NCBI RefSeq assembly: GCF_034670325.1 | Contig: NZ_JAXMNR010000012.1 | Coordinates: 16,350-80,349, forward strand | Source: Antarctobacter sp. | Lineage (GTDB): Bacteria; Pseudomonadota; Alphaproteobacteria; Rhodobacterales; Rhodobacteraceae | Length of the DNA: 64,000 nucleotides | Direction of reading: 5' to 3' | Shown: piece by piece, positions 28,145 through 37,606 of the stretch | Layout of the letters: every line of letters begins with the position of its first letter | Position numbering within the stretch: position 1 is the first letter of the stretch | Notes under the pieces: model-generated | What the model was told of the DNA's origin: nothing | The model's input: the letters and a program-made list of their open reading frames with translations, nothing else | Databases searched by the model: none | Translations under genes and position numbers: made by a program

Positions 28145-29122
28145 ATGAAAGCCGTGATCCACGAGACATTCGGCGACCCCGCCGAGGTTGTGAAAACCGC
28201 CGAGATCGACACACCCAAACCCGGCAAGGGGCAGGTGTTGATCCGCACCATCCTGTCGACCATACACAACCATGACCTTTGGACAGTGCAAGGCAATTAC
28301 GGCGTGAAACCCGATCTGCCTGCCACCGGCGGAACCGAGGCCGTCGGCGTGATCGAGGCGTTGGGCGATGGCGTGCCAGAAGACCTGAAGGGCAAGCGCG
28401 TCACCTCTGCCGGGGCAATGGGCACTTGGGCCGAATACTTCACCGCCCCCGCAGCGGGCATCATTCCACTGCCTGACGCGATTTCGGATGAGGCGGGCGC
28501 ACAACTGGTGGCCATGCCCTTTTCGGCCATAGCCCTGCTGGAATTCCTGCACGTCGAACCGGGCGACTGGATCGTACAGACCGCCGCCAACGGTGCCGTG
28601 GGCAAGATCCTAGCTAAGCTAGCAGAGGCGCGGGGCGTCAAGGTTCTCAGCCTCGTCCGTCGTGCAGCAGCCAAGGCCGAACTGACAGACCTGGGCATCG
28701 ACAACGTGCTGTCGACCGAAGACGACGGTTGGATCGAGGCGGCAAAGGCGATCCTTGGCCCGGACGGGGCACGCGCCGCCGTGGATTCTGTCGGGGGTGA
28801 GATGGGCGCAAATCTGGTCGAGCTGCTGGGACAAGAGGGCCTGTTGGTCACCTTTGGCACCGCCACAGGCGCGCCTCTGGAACTCGAAACCGGGCCGATC
28901 ATCTTCAAGCACATCACGCTCAAGGGGTTCTGGGGCAAGAAAGTCATCGAGGAAATGCCCGCTGATGACCGCACTCGCCTGATGACGGAACTGGTGACAC
29001 TCGCCGTCCAAGGCAAATTGCCATTGACCGTGGACCAGACCTTTACCCTTGATCAGGGGCAAGAGGCCGCCGCCGCCGCCCGCACTCCGGGCCGCAAGGG
29101 CAAGGTCATGTTCCGGGCCTGA
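28145..29122 (+). CDS. zinc-binding/MDR-family NAD(P)H oxidoreductase (quinone oxidoreductase-like)
   Basis: GroES-like N-terminus, then a Rossmann motif ([14 protein letters not shown]). 325 aa. Confidence 0.75.
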   Translation: MKAVIHETFGDPAEVVKTAEIDTPKPGKGQVLIRTILSTIHNHDLWTVQGNYGVKPDLPATGGTEAVGVIEALGDGVPEDLKGKRVTSAGAMGTWAEYFTAPAAGIIPLPDAISDEAGAQLVAMPFSAIALLEFLHVEPGDWIVQTAANGAVGKILAKLAEARGVKVLSLVRRAAAKAELTDLGIDNVLSTEDDGWIEAAKAILGPDGARAAVDSVGGEMGANLVELLGQEGLLVTFGTATGAPLELETGPIIFKHITLKGFWGKKVIEEMPADDRTRLMTELVTLAVQGKLPLTVDQTFTLDQGQEAAAAARTPGRKGKVMFRA

Positions 29123-29142
29123 CCTGACCAATTTCACACCTT

Positions 29143-29175
29143 GCGCCCCCAGAGCCAATCTGGGGGCGCTTTTCA
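29143..29175 (+). terminator. rho-independent terminator
   Basis: GCGCCCCCAGA-gccaa-TCTGGGGGCGC followed by TTTTC. Confidence 0.75.
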
Positions 29176-29243
29176 TTGGGTTTGCCTCTGGTCACGGGGG
29201 CACCAAATGCCCTATTCAGACGGCCAGACAGAGGAGTGGCGAA

Positions 29244-30488
29244 ATGGACGATCTCGTAAACAGCTTCATGAATGGTCCCGATGAGAAGGGCCGCTTTGGC
29301 ATCTTCGGTGGCCGCTTCGTCTCGGAAACGCTGATGCCGCTGATCCTCTCGTTGGAAGAGGAATACGAGAAGGCCAAGACCGACGATAGTTTCTGGGCGG
29401 AAATGGATTTCCTCTGGAAACACTACGTTGGCCGCCCCTCGCCTTTGTACTTTGCCGAACGCCTGACCGAACGGCTTGGCGGCGCCAAGGTCTATATGAA
29501 GCGGGATGAACTGAACCACACCGGCGCGCACAAGATCAACAACGTCCTGGGCCAGATCATCCTGGCCCGCCGCATGGGCAAGACCCGCATCATCGCAGAA
29601 ACCGGCGCGGGTCAGCATGGCGTCGCCACCGCGACCGTCTGCGCCAAGTTCGGCCTGAAATGCGTGGTCTACATGGGCGCGCATGACGTCGAACGCCAAG
29701 CCCCGAACGTCTTCCGGATGAAACTGTTGGGCGCAGAGGTTGTCCCGGTAACCTCTGGCCGTGGTACGCTCAAAGACGCAATGAACGACGCGCTGCGCGA
29801 CTGGGTGACCAACGTGCGCGACACGTTCTACTGCATCGGCACCGTCGCAGGGCCGCACCCCTATCCGGCCATGGTCCGCGATTTCCAGTCGATCATCGGC
29901 AAGGAAGCCAAGGAGCAGATGCTGGAGGCCGAAGGCCGCAACCCCGATACGCTGGTAGCCGCCATTGGTGGCGGGTCCAACGCGATGGGCCTGTTCTTTC
30001 CTTTCCTCGACGACAAAGATGTTTCGATCATCGGGGTTGAGGCGGGCGGCAAGGGCGTCAACGACAAGATGGAGCATTGCGCCTCTTTGACTGGTGGGCG
30101 TCCCGGCGTGCTGCACGGCAACCGCACCTATCTGTTGCAGGACGACGACGGTCAGATCCTCGAAGGCTTTTCAATCTCCGCTGGCCTCGACTATCCCGGC
30201 ATCGGACCCGAACACAGTTGGCTGCATGATGTCGGTCGCGCGCAATACGTCTCGATCACGGACAAAGAGGCGCTTGCCGCCTTCCAGCTGTGCTGTGAGA
30301 CCGAAGGGATCATTCCCGCGCTGGAACCCAGCCACGCGCTGGCTCATGTCGCCAAGATCGCGCCGGACCTGCCCAAGGACCACATCATCTGCATGAACAT
30401 GTGTGGCCGGGGCGACAAGGACATCTTTACCGTGGCCAAACACCTTGGCGTTGATATGTCCGCCACCGAAGGGCGCAACGCGGGCTGA
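29244..30488 (+). CDS. trpB: tryptophan synthase beta chain
   Basis: PLP-enzyme motifs ([21 protein letters not shown]). GAGGAG Shine-Dalgarno before ATG at 29244. The ORF extends to 29049. Confidence 0.9.
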   Translation: MDDLVNSFMNGPDEKGRFGIFGGRFVSETLMPLILSLEEEYEKAKTDDSFWAEMDFLWKHYVGRPSPLYFAERLTERLGGAKVYMKRDELNHTGAHKINNVLGQIILARRMGKTRIIAETGAGQHGVATATVCAKFGLKCVVYMGAHDVERQAPNVFRMKLLGAEVVPVTSGRGTLKDAMNDALRDWVTNVRDTFYCIGTVAGPHPYPAMVRDFQSIIGKEAKEQMLEAEGRNPDTLVAAIGGGSNAMGLFFPFLDDKDVSIIGVEAGGKGVNDKMEHCASLTGGRPGVLHGNRTYLLQDDDGQILEGFSISAGLDYPGIGPEHSWLHDVGRAQYVSITDKEALAAFQLCCETEGIIPALEPSHALAHVAKIAPDLPKDHIICMNMCGRGDKDIFTVAKHLGVDMSATEGRNAG

Positions 30489-30615
30489 CGCCGCGTTTGG
30501 TCCGCTGACGATTGGTACGGCCCGGACACCCGACACGTCGGGGCCGTTTACCATGTGAGGGATGAGTGGGCACAGGGCAACCCGGCCCCAACACCCACCC
30601 AAGCCTGCGAAAAAA

Positions 30616-30723
30616 TCCGCAATATCCGCAATTTCGCAATCGCTTTGCCCCTCAGGAAAAGCCGCAACCACTGGCCTGCGCTTTCCATTAATTGCGCGTT
30701 GGCGCAATATTGTTGCGCTTGCG
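30616..30723. repeat. cluster of CGCAAT / TTGCGC motifs, including two perfect palindromes TTGCGC-N4-GCGCAA and GCGCAA-N5-TTGCGC
   Basis: CGCAAT appears three times at 9-bp spacing (30618-30641), followed by TTGCGCGTTGGCGCAATATTGTTGCGC at 30692-30719. Confidence 0.5.
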
Positions 30724-30893
30724 TCACGGCACGCACAGGCCCGGAATTCCATACTGGAGCGAGTCAGGCCTTCGCGGCTATCCAGCACTCCCGGCTCCAA
30801 TGGACCGGACCCTTGCGGGTGGAGGTGATCACTCCCCCGGTGCAGTCGGCGCTGCCGTTTCTGTATGTCAGGGCCTGTTCGGGCGGTCGGGAC

Positions 30894-30967
30894 GACATTG
30901 TAGCTCAGCGGTAGAGCGGCAGGCCTTTGCCTGTGTGTCGGGGGTTCAATTCCCTCCTGTGTCTCCA
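30894..30967 (+). tRNA. tRNA-like gene with a canonical D-arm and T-arm but an atypical anticodon arm (apparent 6-nt loop CCTTTG); possible pseudo-tRNA
   Basis: GACATTG-TA-GCTCAGCGGTAGAGC-...-GGGGGTTCAATTCCCTC-CTGTGTC-T-CCA. The acceptor stem pairs at 6 of 7 positions. The anticodon region folds only as GCAGG/CCTGT with a 6-nt loop. Confidence 0.4.
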
Positions 30968-31040
30968 AATGTAGCTCAACAGGTAGAGCATTCGACTGCT
31001 AATCGAAGTGTCGCAGGTTCGATTCCTGCCATTTGACCCA
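30965..31040 (+). tRNA. class-I tRNA-like gene with anticodon loop CTGCTAA (GCU, Ser-type) and a C1:A72 mismatch; identity uncertain
   Basis: CCAAATG-TA-GCTC-AACAGGTA-GAGC-A-TTCGA-CTGCTAA-TCGAA-GTGTC-GCAGG-TTCGATT-CCTGC-CATTTGA-C-CCA. Its first three nucleotides are the CCA of the preceding tRNA-like gene. Confidence 0.45.
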
Positions 31041-31426
31041 AAGCCCTTCATGGAGGGCACCGGCCTCAAACGCCGGTCCGCGCAAGCGGTCCAAATCATA
31101 GGGTCCGGGGTGTCCTTTGCAGGGATCACCCACGCCAATCTCTGCGCGGAAACGCAACGAGGGCGGCACCGGTCTTGCCTGCTCCGGCTGCTGGCCGGAG
31201 CGTCGGATGACGGTTCCGCCGGGTTCCGGTCTGCTGTTCGATGCTTGCATCGAGGGCACGCCGGGGCTCCGCGCCCCTCTCACCGGCCTCCCGTCCGCAG
31301 GTGTGGCACGGGGGCATTCCGGGCCCGCCACTTTAACACCTGTGGGGCAATTCTGCCTCCAACCCGATCAAAACAAAGGAACATCGCTTTGCTACGACGA
31401 TAGGCACGCGGAAGAGGAGACTTGAG

Positions 31427-32575
31427 ATGACAAACGTGCTGACTTTTTTCATGGATGCATTCACGGGACGTGAACGCATCACGCTGTCCGAAAACGAACG
31501 GATGCTGGTTCTGGTTCAGGGGCGCTTTGACGCGCTGCTTGGCCCCGGTGAGCACCGGGTTCGGCGTGCCAAAAGCACGCGTGAGACCCACAACATCGAT
31601 CGTCTCCGCTTTACCTCGGGTTTTGACCGGGCGTTGTTCCGCAGCCGTCCTGACCTGACCGAAGGGCATCTGACAGAGGTGCGCACGGACACCGGCGAGA
31701 TTGCCGTGGTCTCGCGCGACGGACGTCCGATAGAGGTGCTCTTTCCCGAGGACCGGGCGGTCTGGTGGACTGACGCGGGGCCGTTCACAGTCGAACGGTT
31801 TGACCTTGCGGCCAATCCTCGGGTCGATGCCGGTTTTGCGCGGCGTCTGGACCGGGCGGGCCTCAGCCGTGCGATGACCACTCTGCACGTTGCAGAGGGG
31901 CATGTCGGGATGCTCTTTCTCGACGGGGTTCTTGCCGGTCGGCTGGAACCCGGGGTCCACACGTTTTGGTCTGCCGGTCCTCGTGCCACTGTCAAGCTGG
32001 TGGATACCCGTCAGCGTGCGCATGAGGTTTCGGGGCAGGAGATCCTGACCAAGGACCGCGTGACGATCCGGGTCAACCTGACGGCAGTTTTCCGCGTGAC
32101 GGACCCGGAACGGGCCGTGACCGTGGTGACCGACTTCGAAGAGGCGCTGCACCGCGCGGTGCAACTGGTCTTTCGCCGCCGCCTTGGCGCGCTGACGCTG
32201 GACCAGCTTCTTGCCGAAAAGGGGGCCATCGACGTGGAAGCAGGTCAGACCCTGCGGACCGAGATGGCGTCGATCGGGATCGATGTGCAGGAGATCGCCC
32301 TCAAGGACGTGATCCTGCCGGGTGAGATCCGCGAGATCCTCAACCGCGTGGTCGAGGCCGAGAAAAAGGCCGAGGCCAACGTGATCCAACGGCGCGAGGA
32401 AACGAACGCAATGCGGTCGCTTCTGAACACCGCAAAGGTCATGGAGGACAATCCCGTGATGCTCCGGCTCAAAGAGCTTGAGGCGCTGGAGGCGATTGCC
32501 GGCAAGGTCGATCACCTCACCGTCCACAACGGGACGCAGGGTCTTATGCAGGACATCGCGCGCCTGCGCGACTGA
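31427..32575 (+). CDS. SPFH/band-7 domain protein with an N-terminal ~180-aa extension
   Basis: SPFH core (QEILTKDRVTIRVNLTAVFRVTDPERAV ... IQRREETNAMRSLLNTAK). No obvious N-terminal TM helix. Confidence 0.7.
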   Translation: MTNVLTFFMDAFTGRERITLSENERMLVLVQGRFDALLGPGEHRVRRAKSTRETHNIDRLRFTSGFDRALFRSRPDLTEGHLTEVRTDTGEIAVVSRDGRPIEVLFPEDRAVWWTDAGPFTVERFDLAANPRVDAGFARRLDRAGLSRAMTTLHVAEGHVGMLFLDGVLAGRLEPGVHTFWSAGPRATVKLVDTRQRAHEVSGQEILTKDRVTIRVNLTAVFRVTDPERAVTVVTDFEEALHRAVQLVFRRRLGALTLDQLLAEKGAIDVEAGQTLRTEMASIGIDVQEIALKDVILPGEIREILNRVVEAEKKAEANVIQRREETNAMRSLLNTAKVMEDNPVMLRLKELEALEAIAGKVDHLTVHNGTQGLMQDIARLRD

Positions 32576-32588
32576 TCCGCGTGACAGA

Positions 32589-32620
32589 GGCCGCTCCGGG
32601 ACACCGGGGCGGCCATTTTC
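32589..32620 (+). terminator. rho-independent terminator
   Basis: GGCCGCTCCGG-gaca-CCGGGGCGGCC followed by ATTTTC. Confidence 0.75.
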
Positions 32621-32772
32621 GTGGCTTGATCATCATTCTGGGTAAAGCTGTGACTTGATTGTGTATGTGAAATAATACCAAGTCTAAAAGCTGGGATTTT
32701 GGGTTTATGATCGGGATTTGAAAGAAAATCGCGGGCGATCAACTGCTCCTCATCACTCACACAGAGACGAAA

Positions 32773-32805
32773 GTGGACGCAAAAGCACGTCCACGCCCCG
32801 TTTCT
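32773..32805. terminator. hairpin terminator (bidirectional candidate)
   Basis: GTGGACG-caaaagca-CGTCCAC followed by GCCCCGTTTCTC. It lies 3' of the DUF2237 gene on the minus strand. Confidence 0.5.
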
Positions 32806-32823
32806 CGACCATCAGCCAGATTT

Positions 32824-33207
32824 TCAGCCTTCTGAGGCGTCCGCATGGCCTTCAAGAACGGCCAATGGCACAATCTCCAGCGCGGCGTGATGGGTGGCCG
32901 CCAGATTGACCTTGGGGGCACAGCCCTCGTCATGCGCTTGCAGGAAGCGGGACGCGCAAAGACACCAGTGATCCCCCGGCTTCAGCCCGGAAAAGCCAAA
33001 CTCGGGCCGTGGCGTCGACAGGTCGTTGCCAACATATTTCGAATAGGCCAAAAATTCGGCTGTCATGACGGCGCAGACCGTGTGACTGCCCTGATCCTCG
33101 GCGCATGTGTTACAGTGACCGTCGCGAAAGAACCCGGTCAGCGGGACTTGTGAGCATGGCTCAAGAGAGCTGCCCAATACGTTGAAAGACGGATCTTTTT
33201 TCAACAT
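32824..33207 (-). CDS. DUF2237-like small Cys-containing protein
   Basis: ~127 aa starting MLKKDPSFNVLGS. The conserved Cys pattern is consistent with the DUF2237 family. The ORF extends to 33264. Confidence 0.5.
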   Translation of the reverse strand: MLKKDPSFNVLGSSLEPCSQVPLTGFFRDGHCNTCAEDQGSHTVCAVMTAEFLAYSKYVGNDLSTPRPEFGFSGLKPGDHWCLCASRFLQAHDEGCAPKVNLAATHHAALEIVPLAVLEGHADASEG

Positions 33208-33220
33208 CTCTGATCGCCCC

Positions 33221-34372
33221 TTACTGGCCCGCCAGACGGCGCAGCATCTGCAGTGCATCGTCAAACGCCCCGGCCTTGCGAAAGCTCCGGTCCGCCGCAG
33301 TCATTGCGACCACCGTACCGCTCTGCCGATCAACATAGACGTATTGGCCGTAAATGCCACGCGCCATGAACTCGCCCTCGCGCGCATCCGAAGGCATCCA
33401 CCACTGGTAGCCGTATTTCAATTTGCCCGGTGCGGTCTTGGCCGATGGGGCTGTGCTCTCCATGACCCATGTTTCGGGCACGATCTGTCTGCCGTTCAGG
33501 CGCCCGCCGTCGCGAAATACTTCGCCCAGCCGCGCGTAATCGCGCAGCACCATGTTAAGACCTCCCAGGGCGAAGGCCACGCCGTAACCATCTGAGAGGT
33601 AATAGGGTTCACCTTCGACGCCCATGGGGTCCAGCAAGTATTCGGTCAGCAGATCCGGCAGGTCGCGCCCTGTTGCTCCGCGCGCCACCATCGACAGCAC
33701 ATGTGTGTCGATGGAAACGTAGCGCCAGACGCCACCCGGCGGCTGATCACGCGCATCCAACCCTGCAGCAAAGCCGTCCATCGACCCGCCAAGCGCAAGG
33801 ATGCGGCCCATCTTGTTGATGTCGCTCCAGAAATCCAGATAGTCCTCATCGAAAACAACGCCGGTGGACATCTGCAGGACGTTGCGGATGGTTGCGCCGT
33901 CATAGGCGCTTCCCATCAGACCGGGCGCGTATTTCGTCACCGGATCGTCCAGACTGCCCACATGACCTTGCGCCAGCAAGATACCGAAAAGCGACGATAA
34001 ATAGGACTTCGCGATTGACCATGAGACGCGCAGGTCGTCCGGGCCGGTCCCCAGATGATAGCTCTCATGACGCACCGCACCGTCCTTCAGGACAATCACG
34101 CTGGTCACGGCCCGTCGGGTCAGCCAGTCTTGCCACTCCGGCGGCATTGTCATGTCAGGCCTCCGGGGCAAGGGGGTGGCGCGAGTCTGGACCGGGATCG
34201 GAACCGTTTCGAACAGACGGTTCATATGGCTGAAATTCTCCACGATTTCGCCTTCGTCAAACAGCGTCATCGTCGCGCGCAGGCGTTGCACCTCATCGCG
34301 ATAGCCATAGCCCGTACCCGCCACACCGATCAGCAGGATCAGACCCATCGCGGCGGCGCGCCGCCGGATCAT
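33221..34372 (-). CDS. serine hydrolase, beta-lactamase/esterase family
   Basis: S-x-x-K motif SWSIAKS. ~380 aa with a signal-peptide-like N-terminus ([15 protein letters not shown]). Confidence 0.75.
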   Translation of the reverse strand: MIRRRAAAMGLILLIGVAGTGYGYRDEVQRLRATMTLFDEGEIVENFSHMNRLFETVPIPVQTRATPLPRRPDMTMPPEWQDWLTRRAVTSVIVLKDGAVRHESYHLGTGPDDLRVSWSIAKSYLSSLFGILLAQGHVGSLDDPVTKYAPGLMGSAYDGATIRNVLQMSTGVVFDEDYLDFWSDINKMGRILALGGSMDGFAAGLDARDQPPGGVWRYVSIDTHVLSMVARGATGRDLPDLLTEYLLDPMGVEGEPYYLSDGYGVAFALGGLNMVLRDYARLGEVFRDGGRLNGRQIVPETWVMESTAPSAKTAPGKLKYGYQWWMPSDAREGEFMARGIYGQYVYVDRQSGTVVAMTAADRSFRKAGAFDDALQMLRRLAGQ

Positions 34373-35061
34373 CGGAACTTGTCCGCCAGCCGTTGCAGCG
34401 GATTGCGGGTGTCAGCGACGCTGGCGCTATCCTCTGGGACCGGTTTGGGGGCGGTCTCGACCGCTGGTTTCGCGGCGGCCTTGGAGGACCGCGGCGGCGC
34501 GGTGCGCAGCGCAACGGCATTCATGAACTTGCCCGGATCACCCTCGGCCAGATGCGCGGCGCCGTCCGACATGCCGCGCAGCAGATCGTCCAGCCAATCC
34601 TGATCCGCCTTGTGGAAATCGTGCAGCACATAGGCCGCCACCAGTTCCTTGCGCCCCGGATGGCCGATCCCCAACCGCACCCGCCGGTAGGCCTCGCCGA
34701 TATGGGCATGGATCGAACGCAGCCCGTTGTGGCCCGCGTGCCCGCCCCCCGTTTTCACCTTGCACTTGCCGGGCGCCAGATCCAGTTCGTCGTGAAAGAC
34801 GGTCACATCACCCGGCTCCAGCTTGTAGAACCGCATCGCCTCACCCACTGATTGCCCGGAGAGGTTCATGAAGGTTTCCGGCTTCAGCAGCAGCACCTTT
34901 TCGCGGCCCAGCCGCCCCTCGGTTAACTGCCCCTGAAACTTCGCCTTCCATGGTCCGAACCCGTGATCTTCGGCGATCCGGTCCAGCGCCATAAAGCCGA
35001 TGTTGTGCCGGTTTCCGGCGTATTTCGCACCGGGATTGCCGAGACCCACGAATATCTGCAC
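34369..35061 (-). CDS. pth: peptidyl-tRNA hydrolase with a C-terminal Ala/Pro-rich extension
   Basis: Pth signature [23 protein letters not shown]. The start is assigned to GTG, 4 nt after a GGAGGG Shine-Dalgarno; the ORF's ATG at 35073 lies within that SD. Confidence 0.8.
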   Translation of the reverse strand: MQIFVGLGNPGAKYAGNRHNIGFMALDRIAEDHGFGPWKAKFQGQLTEGRLGREKVLLLKPETFMNLSGQSVGEAMRFYKLEPGDVTVFHDELDLAPGKCKVKTGGGHAGHNGLRSIHAHIGEAYRRVRLGIGHPGRKELVAAYVLHDFHKADQDWLDDLLRGMSDGAAHLAEGDPGKFMNAVALRTAPPRSSKAAAKPAVETAPKPVPEDSASVADTRNPLQRLADKFR

Positions 35062-35131
35062 TCTGCCCTCCAAAACCGTAGCTGCGCCCTATGTAGGCCA
35101 GAGCGGACGGATATCACAACGGGAGAGCAGG

Positions 35132-35446
35132 ATGTACCTGACTATGAATCGCTTCAAGGTCGTCACGTCAGAGGCGCAGGCGTTCGAAGACCTCTGGACC
35201 CGCCGCGACAGTCACCTCAAATCCGTCCCCGGCTTTGTCAGCTTTGCGTTGATGAAGGGGCCAGAGTGCGAGGACCATGTGCTTTATGTCTCGCACACTG
35301 TTTGGCAGGATAAAGACAGCTTTGCGGGCTGGACCCGGTCAGAGGCATTTCGGGCCGCGCATGGCGGGGCCAAAAGCTCTGGCCACATGTATCTGGAATC
35401 GCCGGAACTCGAATGCTTTGAGGCTGTTCAGGTTCTGACCGCCTGA
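35132..35446 (+). CDS. antibiotic biosynthesis monooxygenase (ABM) family protein
   Basis: ~105 aa. ABM-like pattern (MNRFKV ... HVLYVSHTVWQDKDSFAGWTRSEAF). GGGAGAG RBS. Confidence 0.6.
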   Translation: MYLTMNRFKVVTSEAQAFEDLWTRRDSHLKSVPGFVSFALMKGPECEDHVLYVSHTVWQDKDSFAGWTRSEAFRAAHGGAKSSGHMYLESPELECFEAVQVLTA

Positions 35447-35463
35447 ACAGGTCGCCGGTAGTC

Positions 35464-35488
35464 GCTTCTTCTTGGGTAAAATACCTCC
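35464..35488 (-). repeat. copy C of the GGAGG-TATTTTNNCCAAGAAGAAGC motif (solo)
   Basis: Minus-strand reading GGAGGTATTTTACCCAAGAAGAAGC, lying in the 3'UTR of the ABM gene. Confidence 0.55.
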
Positions 35489-35532
35489 GGGGGTGAGGCC
35501 GCAGGCCGAGGGGGCAGCGCCCCCTGTGCGCA

Positions 35533-35564
35533 ACAAAAACCCCCGCACACAGGCGGGGGTTTCC
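35533..35564. terminator. bidirectional rho-independent terminator between the ABM gene and rplY
   Basis: AAAAA-CCCCCGC-acacag-GCGGGGG-TTT. Confidence 0.75.
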
Positions 35565-35585
35565 AAAATCACGTTGCAAAAGACC

Positions 35586-36224
35586 TCAGTCTTCTGCGGC
35601 CTCGGTCTCGACCTGTTCCGCGTCGGCGTCATCGTCATCGCCCGCAGCCGTCAGACCCGACGGAGCAGAGATGTTGCAGATCACAAAGTCGCGGTCGATC
35701 GTCGGCTTTGCACCCTCGGGCAGGGTCACATCCGAGATGTGCACGATGTCGCCAATTTCCATGCCGGTCAGGTCAACGGTGACCTTCTCGGGGATGTCGC
35801 CGGCGGTCACGATCAGTTCCACCTCGGGGCGCACAACGGTCAGCATGCCGCCGCGCTTGATGCCGGGGGCAGCTTCTTCACCGATGAACTCGACCGGGAT
35901 GAAGAGGTTGATCTTCGAGGTGCGGCGCAGGCGCATGAAATCGACATGCGTCGGCAGGTCCTTGACCACGTCGCGCTGTACGTCGCGGCAGATGACGCGC
36001 ACGTCCTCATGACCTTCGACCTGCAGGTTGAACAACGTCGACTTGAACCGGCCCGCCTTCAGGCGGTGGAACAGCTTGTTGAACGGGAGGTTGATCGGCA
36101 GCGGGTCTTTCTCACCACCGAAAACGATCCCCGGAACCATGCCGTCGCGACGTGCCTGACGAGCGGCGCCCTTGCCTGTCCCCGTCCGTTCCAGAGCTTT
36201 GAGATCAGGAATCTCACCAGCCAT
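35586..36224 (-). CDS. rplY: 50S ribosomal protein L25 (general stress protein Ctc form)
   Basis: L25/Ctc domains followed by an acidic C-terminal tail. Adjacent to pth, the conserved arrangement. GGAGA Shine-Dalgarno before ATG at 36224. Confidence 0.85.
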   Translation of the reverse strand: MAGEIPDLKALERTGTGKGAARQARRDGMVPGIVFGGEKDPLPINLPFNKLFHRLKAGRFKSTLFNLQVEGHEDVRVICRDVQRDVVKDLPTHVDFMRLRRTSKINLFIPVEFIGEEAAPGIKRGGMLTVVRPEVELIVTAGDIPEKVTVDLTGMEIGDIVHISDVTLPEGAKPTIDRDFVICNISAPSGLTAAGDDDDADAEQVETEAAED

Positions 36225-36322
36225 TTGAATTCTCCATCTATCTGTGCAGGGTGCCTCCAAGGCTGTCACCCCGCGTGAAGACGTGCCGGTAAACCGGATC
36301 GTCCTTCAAGGCAAGCGGTTTC

Positions 36323-37546
36323 GTGCCTTTCGGGGTCGGTTTCGCGCTGGACGGGGCCGCCGCGCCGTGGCACCCGCAGGACATGTTTCGTGACCTTTAC
36401 ATCAGCCGTGGCCCGGCGTCGGGCTTTGTTGCCGTGGGCCTTTACTGGGGGGCCTTCGCGGCACTGGTGCCCGATCTGAAACCGCAGGTCGGGCTGTCGG
36501 ACGGTGGATTCGGTCTGGCGATGCTGGTTTCGGCCTCCGGCGCGGTTCTTGCGATGTGGCTGGCCCCTTGGGTGCAACGGCGGCTGGGGGCGGTGGATCT
36601 GCCGGTCTTGGGCGTCATTATGGCGGCAGCGTTTCTCTTGCCGGGGCTGGCGGGCAGCGGCACGGGCTTTGCGCTGGCGATGATGGCGGGGGCGATGGCA
36701 TCCGGCACGCTGGACGTGTCCATGAACGCGCGGCTGTCGCTGTTGGAGGGGCAGAAACGGCGCTCCCTGATGAACCTCAACCACGGGCTGTACTCGCTGT
36801 CTTATGCGGCGGCTGCGCTGGGGACGGGGTTTGCGCGTGAGGCGGGCTGGTCCCCGTTGGCGGTGTTTGCCGCGCTGGCGGTGCCGGTTCTGGCGCTCTG
36901 CGTCCAGATGGCCCGCGCCCCGGTGCGAGAGACACCGCGCGCCGAGGATGCACCCGAATCCGCGCCTCTGTCATGGGCGCTGCTCGCGCCGTTGGGGTTG
37001 ATTGTCTTGTTGGGCTTCATGGCCGAACAGGGGACAGAAGGCTGGTCGGCGCTGCATCTGGAACGCGGGCTGGGCGCAGGTGCGGCGATGGGTGCGCTGG
37101 GGCCTGCGATCCTTGGGCTGACGATGGCGGTGGGGCGGTTTGGCGGGCAGGTGGTGGCGCAGCGCGTGTCAGAGGCGGCGGTCATCCGGCTTGCCGCTGT
37201 GCTGACGGCGGTCGGGGCGGTCTGCGCGGCCTGGGCACCAGCTTTGCCGGTGGCTTATCTGGGTTTTGCGGTTCTGGGGTTCGGGGTTTCGGTGGTGGCG
37301 CCGATGGCTTTTTCGTGGTGCGGCAGGCAGGTCGCGACCGAGTATAAGGCACTTGCGATCAGCCGCGTGGCGGTGATGGGCTATGCCGGGTTCTTCATCG
37401 GCCCGCCGCTGATGGGCGGCCTCTCCGAAGCCTTCGGCCTTGCCGCCTCCTTTACCGTGGTGGGGGCACTGATGCTGGTGATCCCGCTGGTTCTGGTGCC
37501 GATGGCGGCCCGTGCGGCCCTCAAGGAAGCAAGCCCCGTCAGGTGA
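36323..37546 (+). CDS. MFS transporter
   Basis: Twelve-TM-like hydrophobic profile with Gly-rich MFS loops. The start is uncertain (GTG at 36323, or ATG at 36383). Confidence 0.65.
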   Translation: MPFGVGFALDGAAAPWHPQDMFRDLYISRGPASGFVAVGLYWGAFAALVPDLKPQVGLSDGGFGLAMLVSASGAVLAMWLAPWVQRRLGAVDLPVLGVIMAAAFLLPGLAGSGTGFALAMMAGAMASGTLDVSMNARLSLLEGQKRRSLMNLNHGLYSLSYAAAALGTGFAREAGWSPLAVFAALAVPVLALCVQMARAPVRETPRAEDAPESAPLSWALLAPLGLIVLLGFMAEQGTEGWSALHLERGLGAGAAMGALGPAILGLTMAVGRFGGQVVAQRVSEAAVIRLAAVLTAVGAVCAAWAPALPVAYLGFAVLGFGVSVVAPMAFSWCGRQVATEYKALAISRVAVMGYAGFFIGPPLMGGLSEAFGLAASFTVVGALMLVIPLVLVPMAARAALKEASPVR

Positions 37547-37606
37547 CCCCGGCGGGGTGTTTCGCGCGCGAAACATTGTCTTTTTTAACAGGGAGTTAAC
37601 GGGGAT

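Noticed and set aside
35339-35638. 99-aa minus-strand ORF containing motif copy C (ILPKKK...)
   Set aside because: Antisense to the 3' half of the ABM gene and running through a strong bidirectional terminator. There is no ATG after the SD.
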